Below, in pieces: positions 56,184 to 64,000 of a stretch of 64,000 nucleotides of DNA. The DNA is from Candidatus Poribacteria bacterium. Lineage in GTDB: Bacteria > Poribacteria > WGA-4E > PCPOR2b. A program made the translations under genes and the position numbers. The notes under the pieces are model-generated. The model was given only the letters and a program-made list of their open reading frames with translations, was not told where the DNA came from and made no database searches. The stretch covers positions 45,098-109,097 of the forward strand of contig JAJECO010000003.1 of NCBI GenBank assembly GCA_022822005.1. The letters run 5' to 3'. Position 1 is the stretch's first letter. Each line of letters opens with the position of its first letter.

Positions 56184-59102
56184 TCAATCGACGAAGATAT
56201 CCTCCAAGCCGATCTCTATCACCTCGCCTACCGCGGTCAACCTGTCCATGTCCATCCTGTTCCGATCCCCGACGATGGAGATGAGTTTCGGATGCCCCTG
56301 AACGTGCGCTTTATGGAATTGGAGCATTAGGTCCATATTCGACGCCCGAATCGACTCATAGCGTGCGATGCGCGGATCGATTGGGACACCTAAACGCTCC
56401 CAAGAACGTACGGCGCCGATGACCTGTCGGAAACCGATTTTCGCCGTGCGATACCGAACGATTCTGGATTGACGCGCCTCATCGAATCGTTCAGGCGATT
56501 CCGGCAGATTATCAATGAGGTCGATGAGCGCCTCCACCGCCTCTGGCGTTTTGTCCGCCTGACAGGCGATATATCCCCACATCAGATTTTGCTCATCTTT
56601 CCGGCTGCCGGTCGCGTATCTGGCAAATGTGGAGTAGGCGAGTGCACGTGCCTCGCGCAGTTCCTGGAAGACGATACCGGACATCCCACCGGCAAAGTAG
56701 GCGTTATAAAGCTGAATGGCAGGATTGTTTGCCTCGTTGTAATCCTCACCCCCGAACTCAATATCCACCTGCGATTGCGCCAGTTCCTTTTGAAAAAATA
56801 GTATCTCGGTCTTTTCAGGCACACGCGTTTTGAGGAAATAGTAAGGTGGCGGTGTCGCTAAGGCCCCCTCGATAGGATGATGCATTTTGAGGGTTGATTG
56901 TATTTCATCAAGAGGGATTGAACCTGTATAACTGATGGTGTGTTTGTAGCTTAGGAGCCCCCGAATCACTTCGTGGAGTTCGTCCACCGTCAGCTTCTGA
57001 ACCGCTTCACTGGGCAACAGCTGCAGATAGCGTGAATCTTTCCCGTGACGGTTGTAATTGACCAGAGCACCTCGGAGGCTACGATAATTTTTCTTGGCAT
57101 CCTCCCGATTGGCGAGGATGATTTTGACAAGTTCCTCAAGCGTCGCGGAGTCAGCGGTAGGATGCGTTAGATAATCCATAGCCAAAGCCAGAGATGCACC
57201 GAAGTTTTCGTCAAGCCCCGAAATGGAAATAGTCGTCTCATTGTTCTCAACACTGAGGCCGAAATCGGTGCCGAGTTTATACCACTCCTTCTTTAGATCC
57301 TCACTACTGTATTCGGACGTGCCGGACTTATCGAGCAGCTGCGCGGCAATATCCAGCTTATTGTTGTGGCGGCTGCCGACATCAACAGAAATCGTGAACA
57401 CAAAGAGATCATTGATTGGGTTCTGGGCGTAATAGAGTTTGGCCCCTTCGTGATAATCGCTAATTTGATAGTCTTTCGCAGCATCGACAAAGACCGGCTC
57501 AATCTCTTCCACAGACATCTCCAAGACCCCTTTGGCAAACTCGGATTGTCGTGTCGCGTCAATCTCAATGGTATCGAGCGCAGGCTTTTCAATGGTAAGG
57601 ACCTCGTGTTGCTCATCTATACGATAGCCTGCGACATAGTTAGCACCAAAATAGCGGTTTGCCACAGCGACGATATCCGCTTTAGCCAGCTTCTCCATCC
57701 GCGAGATTTCCCCGACGGTGGTTTTCCAATCCTGATGGGCGAGGAACGATTCGCGCATGATACTCACTCTCGCACGATTTGACTCCAAATCCGCTTTCTG
57801 AGATTTCTTAAAATCGGTTACGACGGCTGGAATGATCCATTCTTCAAACTCGCCTTTTTTGATTAGCTCAACCTGTTCCAAGAGCAATGCTTCAACCACT
57901 TCGAGGGATTGTCCCTCCTTCGGAATCCCCCACAGATACTGCGCCCCATAATCGTTGTCCAGATACGGATATGAACCTGCCTGTCGGACTTTTTGCCCTT
58001 GATTGAGGTTCAGGTTGATTAGTCCGGCGGTAGCGTTATCCAAAATCATGTCGAGCAGTCTCAAGGCTTCCGCATCTTGGTGATTACGGCTCGCTGTCCG
58101 AAACGCAAGTAGGACGTACTCCTCACCTTGATACTTGACCGTCACACGTTCAGCACCTTGGAGCGGTTCCTCCGTCCACGCCTTGGCTTCGGGAAGTTCT
58201 TTCGGTTGCCATCGGGAGAAATGTTCGTCGATAACGCCAATAGTCTCCGCGCTATTGATGTCACCGGAGATGTGGATTGCCATGTTATTGGGTACATAAT
58301 AGGTATGGTAGAACTGGTACATCTGCTTCAGAGACGGGTTCTTCAGATGTTCGACTGAGCCGAGGGTGGTCTGTTGTCCATACGGATGCTTTTTATAGAG
58401 CAGATCTCTGACAGCTTCAGTGATGATACGACCTTTGTTGTCCATCGACCGGTTCTTTTCTTCGTACACGGTTTCCAGTTCTGTCTGAAAGAGGCGGAAA
58501 ACTGGGTCGATGAACCTATCGGATTCAATAACCGCCCACTGCTTCAGGCGATTGGCGGGAAGATCGACCTTATACACGGTTTCCTCCACCCACGTATGCG
58601 CATTCACGCCGCGTCCGCCCATCGCTTTATAGAGCTTGTCAAGTTCATTCGGGATGCCATATTGGGTGGCAAGTTGCGCGGTTTCGTTAATCGCAGCATA
58701 GATCTCCTTCCGTTTTTCTGGATCAGTTTCGTGGAAATGCTGTTCATAGAAATCCGTAATCTTATCCAGATGTGGCTTTTCTTTCTCGTAGTCGAGCGTG
58801 CCGAAATTTTGCGTGCCCTTAAAGAGCATGTGTTCCAGATAGTGCGCAATACCGGTCGCATCTGAAGGGTCATGTTTGCTGCCGGCACGGACTGAGATCT
58901 CCGCGTAGAACCGGGGTTCCTCACGGTTTTCGGTAAGGTAGACGGTCAAGCCATTGTCCAACTGATAGATCTGAGCAGCCATCGGGTCGTCTGGATTTGG
59001 TTCGTTGATACGTTTATAGCCAGCCCAACCGGTAGACGCGATCAAGCTGAGAATCAAGGCGTAGATGGAGAGTTGAAATAAAATCGGTTTGTTTCGGTAC
59101 AT
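56184..59102 (-). CDS. M16 (insulinase) family zinc peptidase, exported
   Basis: HYLEHMLFKGT inverted zinc motif, NAHT, ELREARALAYS; signal peptide. Confidence 0.93.
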   Translation of the reverse strand: MYRNKPILFQLSIYALILSLIASTGWAGYKRINEPNPDDPMAAQIYQLDNGLTVYLTENREEPRFYAEISVRAGSKHDPSDATGIAHYLEHMLFKGTQNFGTLDYEKEKPHLDKITDFYEQHFHETDPEKRKEIYAAINETAQLATQYGIPNELDKLYKAMGGRGVNAHTWVEETVYKVDLPANRLKQWAVIESDRFIDPVFRLFQTELETVYEEKNRSMDNKGRIITEAVRDLLYKKHPYGQQTTLGSVEHLKNPSLKQMYQFYHTYYVPNNMAIHISGDINSAETIGVIDEHFSRWQPKELPEAKAWTEEPLQGAERVTVKYQGEEYVLLAFRTASRNHQDAEALRLLDMILDNATAGLINLNLNQGQKVRQAGSYPYLDNDYGAQYLWGIPKEGQSLEVVEALLLEQVELIKKGEFEEWIIPAVVTDFKKSQKADLESNRARVSIMRESFLAHQDWKTTVGEISRMEKLAKADIVAVANRYFGANYVAGYRIDEQHEVLTIEKPALDTIEIDATRQSEFAKGVLEMSVEEIEPVFVDAAKDYQISDYHEGAKLYYAQNPINDLFVFTISVDVGSRHNNKLDIAAQLLDKSGTSEYSSEDLKKEWYKLGTDFGLSVENNETTISISGLDENFGASLALAMDYLTHPTADSATLEELVKIILANREDAKKNYRSLRGALVNYNRHGKDSRYLQLLPSEAVQKLTVDELHEVIRGLLSYKHTISYTGSIPLDEIQSTLKMHHPIEGALATPPPYYFLKTRVPEKTEILFFQKELAQSQVDIEFGGEDYNEANNPAIQLYNAYFAGGMSGIVFQELREARALAYSTFARYATGSRKDEQNLMWGYIACQADKTPEAVEALIDLIDNLPESPERFDEARQSRIVRYRTAKIGFRQVIGAVRSWERLGVPIDPRIARYESIRASNMDLMLQFHKAHVQGHPKLISIVGDRNRMDMDRLTAVGEVIEIGLEDIFVD

Positions 59103-59292
59103 GTTTGGGATCCTTCCTTTACGAAAAAACGGCTTCACAGTGATGTCATTTTGTGTTAGACTCATCGAATGCTAAGGTTTTGGGTAGAGACTTAGTTATT
59201 ATACCATAACCAACCGTTATGAAATATACTGCAATCCTAAAAAATCCGTGTGTTAGTTGTAACACATCACATTTCATACAAGGAGTCGTGTT

Positions 59293-60039
59293 ATGACCGG
59301 TGAAGAGAGATTTAGCTTCGATCTCGAAGGCTACCTAATAATCAAGAATGTGTTGTCCGCCGATGAAGTTGCGGAGATGAACGAAATCGCAGATCGCGTC
59401 TTTCCCCCCGAAGGCGATGATACGCGCTACCGCCGTGCCAGTCGGGTTTCGTGTTGGGGAGAATCGTACAAAAAACTGATAGATCACCCGAAGGTGCTGC
59501 CCTACCTAATCGAGTTAATGGGTCCCAAGGTACGTCTCGATCACGACTACTGCATCTTCATGACCGAAGGGGGTCAGAGCGGCAGGCTGCATGGGGGTCC
59601 CGAAGTTGTCGGCGACCATTGGTACAAATATTGGGACGGCGTGATGCGCAATGGGTTGAGTGTCATCACCTACTTCCTGACAGATGCGGCAGAAGGCGAC
59701 GGCGGATTTGCGTGCATTCCGGGCAGCCATAAAACCAATTTTCTCTCAAGTCTGCCCGATGATATCCGCAATTATGAGCGGTCGATGCACTATGTTGTCC
59801 AACCAGCGGTCGAGGCGGGCGATGCCCTGTTCTTCACGGAGGCACTCATCCACGGGACAATGCAGTGGCGCGCCAGCCATGAGCGGCGATCCCTGCTCTA
59901 CAAGTATAGTCCGGGACACTCAGCCTGGTCACAAAATTACTACGATCTGGACGAATTCGACGACCTGACAGAGCAGCAGAAGCGAATGTTGGCACCGCCC
60001 TCTATCGGTCAAAGACCCGATGTGGTTCAGGGGAAGTAA
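59293..60039 (+). CDS. Phytanoyl-CoA dioxygenase (PhyH)-like protein
   Basis: FDLEGYL, GGFACIPGSHK, AGDALFFTEALIHG, RRSLLYKY. Confidence 0.85.
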   Translation: MTGEERFSFDLEGYLIIKNVLSADEVAEMNEIADRVFPPEGDDTRYRRASRVSCWGESYKKLIDHPKVLPYLIELMGPKVRLDHDYCIFMTEGGQSGRLHGGPEVVGDHWYKYWDGVMRNGLSVITYFLTDAAEGDGGFACIPGSHKTNFLSSLPDDIRNYERSMHYVVQPAVEAGDALFFTEALIHGTMQWRASHERRSLLYKYSPGHSAWSQNYYDLDEFDDLTEQQKRMLAPPSIGQRPDVVQGK

Positions 60040-60050
60040 GCGTCCTCGAA

Positions 60051-63000
60051 TCACGCGTCGTGTTTGAGCGCGGGCAGAAGCGGTCTTCGCAGGGCAAAGT
60101 AGACAGCGATTGCGCTGGCAGCCACACCGACCAGAAATACCGAAACCAGCGTCATCGCAAGTGAGACCCATGGCACCTGTGCGCCGGGGGTCATCAGGTG
60201 TGGTCCCACTGCGATGAGCGCAGAAATAGTGCCAATCAGGATCCCAATCAGCAAGAGAAATCCGTTTTCGGACAAGAGCATGAACGACAGGGTAGCCCTC
60301 CGAAAACCGAAGGCGCGCAGCGTTGCTAATTCTCCGCTCCGCTCGATGACATTTCTCAGCAGAACAATCCCCAGACCGAGTGTGCCAAGCAGCAACCCAA
60401 GCCCACCGAGGGTTTGAAAGGTTGAGAGATAGGTATTTTCCACGGCTCGATAGCTGGCTAACTTTTCGGTTGTTGATGTCACATCCAAGCCGTAATCGTC
60501 CAACGTCCTTTCCAGCGTGTGCCCGATCTGTTCTGCCTTTTCGTAGAATCCCTCTGGATCAGGAGTTAGGGGGGTCTGGATTAAAAAATAGCCATATCCG
60601 CTCTGGCTTGGGAAGTGTTTCTTAAAATTGGCTTCGGAGATCAGTAACTCACTTTGAAAAAGGCTGCGCTGTAGAACCCCGACCAAGCGAAGCTTTAATG
60701 ACGCTCCCGATTCGTTCTGGACGCCCAGTTCATCGCCAAGTCCGAGGTGCAAAATCCATTGCGCTGAGTTGTAATCCGCAATGGCTGGAATAACGCCCGG
60801 CTCCAACTCGTCTTCCAGCAGTTCCCACGGATTCTCCCTCGCCACAGCGGTTCCCTGAAATTGAAACCCGCCCCGCTCAATAAAATTCGCTGACACACCC
60901 AAAATGCGAGGCTTTTGGGGGCGATAGAGATTGAGACAACTTGCATCTTCCCCCGGTAGGACGCGGAACGCGAAGGTTTGAACCTGAGATGTAGAATCAG
61001 AGTCAGACTCGGAAAATCCTAACTCAAATCGCCCTTCCTGAGAATTGAGATCGTGATGGAGCGGGATGTCGGACTCAGCAACCAGAGCAAACCCACCTGT
61101 CCCAGAGGTTTTCTGTGGAACCGTCTCCCCTTTTTCTTCGATATGACGGTTCGCACCCACCGCGACGATGACGAAGCAGGCGCAGCCAACCAGCGCGGCA
61201 CAGAGCATACTGCGCCCCGGTTGGCGTCCACTATTTTGGACACCCATCTGCACAGTTGTAGCAACCCTCGGCGAACCCGCTACGCTTCCACCTGACCGCA
61301 GCCAGATCGAGAAGCAGGCCAGCCCCGCAATCAGTAACAACACCCCACTCCCGAAAAATAGTCCAGTCGAAGCGGTAGCACTGGAGACGAGGGCAAATGT
61401 CGTTAACCCCAGGGCAACCCCTAAGCTGGCAAAAGCAAGAATTCGGCTCCGAGTGATCGAACCCGAACTTCGATTGGAGAGTCCATCAGCAGTTGATCCG
61501 CCGGCAATTAGTGTAGGGATAGGCATCCTACCGAGTTGCCGAACGGTCCATCCGATTGACAATAGGATGACGACAAGTGCAATCAAATACCCCAGGACCA
61601 CGCTTAACGGGTGAACATGTAAAGTTAGGAAAGGGGTGCCCACCGCTGCTAACCACCAAGTCCGCAATCCTGCCATCAGCAACCAAGCGTAAATGACGCC
61701 ACCGCCCAGTCCGATTAACCCGCCAATCCCGGCGATTAACCCGCCCTCCTTCATGAAACGTCGGCGCACACTCGAAATGGAATACCCAGCAGCGAGCAGA
61801 ACGCCAATCTCACTCGCTCGTTGTTCGACGCCAAGTCTAAAGAGTAAACTCACCAGAAGCGCAGCGGACGCAATGAGAAACAGACTGAATCCGATAAAGA
61901 GGGTACTAAAATCTGTTGATCCGGCAGCGGCTGCTAAACCGTCCGCTTTAACGGGTTGGAATACCAAACCAACTTGCTCTGGCCGGACTTTGTCCAGCAG
62001 TCGTCTCTCAAAGTTAGTGCGGATTGTCTCCAGATCGACACCAAGAATTGTCCGAATCTGAACCGCGGTTAAATCTCCGAACCGGCTATGCCACAACCGT
62101 TGTGCGGTTGCTCCCGATACAAACGCTTTGGGGGTCGCGCGGAAAAGGTCCCAGTAGACCTCATCTTTTGGACGGATACGGCTAAGATCTACCGGAAAGG
62201 GCGCATTCCACTCGGACATGTCAGCCGCTTCATGGATCCCCGGAAAATCTGGCGTCAGTCCTCTATCGGCTGCCAACCCCTCTATTGCAACAACTCCCTT
62301 CAATCGGAATTGTGCATCTCGTGTTAACAACTTTTCCCTTGGCCCCGCGATGTAATAACTGATATCAATCTGATCTCCAACCTCCGCGCCCAAATCTGTG
62401 GCAGCCCATTCGTTCAGGAGGATTTCGTCATCGGCGAGCGGCGGTGCAGATGAGCCGTCGGTCAACTCAAGGGAAAACGCGCGCTGGGTGTCTAATCCCG
62501 TAATCGTTGAATACGGAATCGCCCGTCCATTGGCTGTGATGGTATTGGCTAAGTAGGTCAGGACCGGTAGAAACAGCGTCCGGCGTTCAATCGCAACCGC
62601 CCTGGCGACTTCAATGATAGCTGGCTTGAGTAGAAACTGGGTACTTTCAAGGGAGAGGTATCCCACTCCCCTGATCAATTCTGAAGGGACATGGCGGAGT
62701 ACCAAGCCGAGGTCTTCTAACTTCAAAGCCTGATGCAACCTATTTTGTAGAGCGGGAAGCGCATCAGTTGCAACGGGATCGGAGGCGTTGGAAGATGCAG
62801 CGGAAACGAAAATTGCGTTGACCTTGGTCTCATTTCCAAGCGCTTTCTGCAGAACTGTTAAAGGGATGTAAGCATTCAACGGTCGGCTCTGGTTGGGGCG
62901 CAGTCCAAAGCTGCCAATACCGTGGTCTGGAAGGATTTTTGTAACGATGAGCCGGAGGGTTTGAAGGACCTCCGATGAATCTCGGTGACCGAGCAAAAAT

Positions 63001-63512
63001 TCGCGATGGATCTCGCTGTGTTTTTCAAAGGAGAACAGGACCTGATCGCCAACTTTTATATCCAATTCCTCCTGGAGGGATTGGTTGATATGAACTGGTG
63101 GAAAGAGCTGTCCCGATTGTTTATCCAGAATAGGAACGGATTGGCTGGAAGCCCCGTCCCACATGCCTGCGAATCGCGCATCGACTCCCTGGATCTGGAC
63201 ACGGGAGGCGCGTGCCTTGGTCTTGGGGTTGACCGCGGTGCCGTTTAGAAGAATAGCCAGTACGGTTTCCGGACGGAATTGTGTTTCCCCCTCCAATCTG
63301 CGGGACAGATCGGCCCCTAACTCTTCGCGAAAAAACCGCTCTGATACGAGCGCGTAGTCGATCCGCCCCAATCGGTCTAAGGTGAGATGGCGCAGGCTGC
63401 CCCGGACAGAGTCACCGACAAGTAACGCGCCTGTGAGTGCCGCCGTCGCAACCGCAGCACCGAGCGACACAGCAAGCTGGATTCGCCAAAAATAGCTTAG
63501 ACTTCGGCGCAT
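60051..63512 (-). CDS. Large FtsX/MacB-type ABC transporter permease with two permease modules
   Basis: EQRASEIGVLLAAG and ERSGELATLRAFGF motifs; multiple TM bundles. Confidence 0.88.
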   Translation of the reverse strand: MRRSLSYFWRIQLAVSLGAAVATAALTGALLVGDSVRGSLRHLTLDRLGRIDYALVSERFFREELGADLSRRLEGETQFRPETVLAILLNGTAVNPKTKARASRVQIQGVDARFAGMWDGASSQSVPILDKQSGQLFPPVHINQSLQEELDIKVGDQVLFSFEKHSEIHREFLLGHRDSSEVLQTLRLIVTKILPDHGIGSFGLRPNQSRPLNAYIPLTVLQKALGNETKVNAIFVSAASSNASDPVATDALPALQNRLHQALKLEDLGLVLRHVPSELIRGVGYLSLESTQFLLKPAIIEVARAVAIERRTLFLPVLTYLANTITANGRAIPYSTITGLDTQRAFSLELTDGSSAPPLADDEILLNEWAATDLGAEVGDQIDISYYIAGPREKLLTRDAQFRLKGVVAIEGLAADRGLTPDFPGIHEAADMSEWNAPFPVDLSRIRPKDEVYWDLFRATPKAFVSGATAQRLWHSRFGDLTAVQIRTILGVDLETIRTNFERRLLDKVRPEQVGLVFQPVKADGLAAAAGSTDFSTLFIGFSLFLIASAALLVSLLFRLGVEQRASEIGVLLAAGYSISSVRRRFMKEGGLIAGIGGLIGLGGGVIYAWLLMAGLRTWWLAAVGTPFLTLHVHPLSVVLGYLIALVVILLSIGWTVRQLGRMPIPTLIAGGSTADGLSNRSSGSITRSRILAFASLGVALGLTTFALVSSATASTGLFFGSGVLLLIAGLACFSIWLRSGGSVAGSPRVATTVQMGVQNSGRQPGRSMLCAALVGCACFVIVAVGANRHIEEKGETVPQKTSGTGGFALVAESDIPLHHDLNSQEGRFELGFSESDSDSTSQVQTFAFRVLPGEDASCLNLYRPQKPRILGVSANFIERGGFQFQGTAVARENPWELLEDELEPGVIPAIADYNSAQWILHLGLGDELGVQNESGASLKLRLVGVLQRSLFQSELLISEANFKKHFPSQSGYGYFLIQTPLTPDPEGFYEKAEQIGHTLERTLDDYGLDVTSTTEKLASYRAVENTYLSTFQTLGGLGLLLGTLGLGIVLLRNVIERSGELATLRAFGFRRATLSFMLLSENGFLLLIGILIGTISALIAVGPHLMTPGAQVPWVSLAMTLVSVFLVGVAASAIAVYFALRRPLLPALKHDA

Positions 63513-64000
63513 CTGCCCGCCTCCAATTCAAAACGCCGTTCAAAGCGAGATGCGAGTTCAAGGCTGTGAGTGACGACGATCAGAATGTTCTGTTCGGCTT
63601 GGTGTAGCTCAAATAGCAAAGACGACACCCCATCTGCGATAGCGCGATCGAGGTTGCCCGTGGGCTCGTCACAGAGAATGAGGCTGGGTGAGTTGATGAG
63701 GGCACGCGCCACGGCGACCCGCTGCCGTTCGCCGCCGGATAGCTCGCCGGGTCGATGGCTCAAACGGTGTGCCAGCCCAACCCGGTCAAGGAGCCCTTGT
63801 GCACGATTTTCGGCATCTCCGTCGTGGTTTTTGAACGCCAAGGCAGGAATCAGCACGTTTTCCCATACCGAATACTGTGGCAACAGATGGTGGTCTTGAA
63901 AGACAAAGCCGATACCCTGATTCCGAAATCTGGCAAGTTGCGGCTCTGCCAGTCCAAACGGATCCTCGCCGTTAATTTCAATCTGTCCCGACGAGGGTCG
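63497..64000 (-). CDS. ABC transporter ATP-binding subunit (LolD-like), 5' part outside the window
   Basis: [35 protein letters not shown]. Confidence 0.93.
   Translation of the reverse strand, partial: RPSSGQIEINGEDPFGLAEPQLARFRNQGIGFVFQDHHLLPQYSVWENVLIPALAFKNHDGDAENRAQGLLDRVGLAHRLSHRPGELSGGERQRVAVARALINSPSLILCDEPTGNLDRAIADGVSSLLFELHQAEQNILIVVTHSLELASRFERRFELEAGRCAEV

Overview
Chromosomal window of a Gram-negative bacterium, most likely Candidatus Poribacteria or a relative. This is an inference from the sulfatases, PhyH dioxygenases, WD40/NHL/TPR proteins, 'YPNPFNPETWIPYQL' C-terminal domains and a DUF6785-type membrane protein. It holds core genes (purA, rplM-rpsI, secDF, apt, three tRNAs), catabolic enzymes, toxin-antitoxin modules, peptidases and an ABC exporter. 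No transposase, integrase, prophage or CRISPR array was seen. Main observations: (1) a PrdB/GrdB-like selenoprotein whose in-frame UGA (UxxC) truncates the ORF track, with a SECIS-like hairpin after it; (2) an intergenic repeat system in which several families of terminal-inverted-repeat (TIR) 'shells' carry interchangeable, nested REP-like hairpins, one copy having duplicated a -10 box and rebuilt a promoter; (3) a nucleotide-sugar dehydrogenase / coiled-coil NYN RNase / TPR histidine kinase cluster; (4) an alcohol dehydrogenase-PhnA phosphonate pair; (5) a hicA gene missed by the ORF track. All calls come from motif recognition by eye; no database searches were run.
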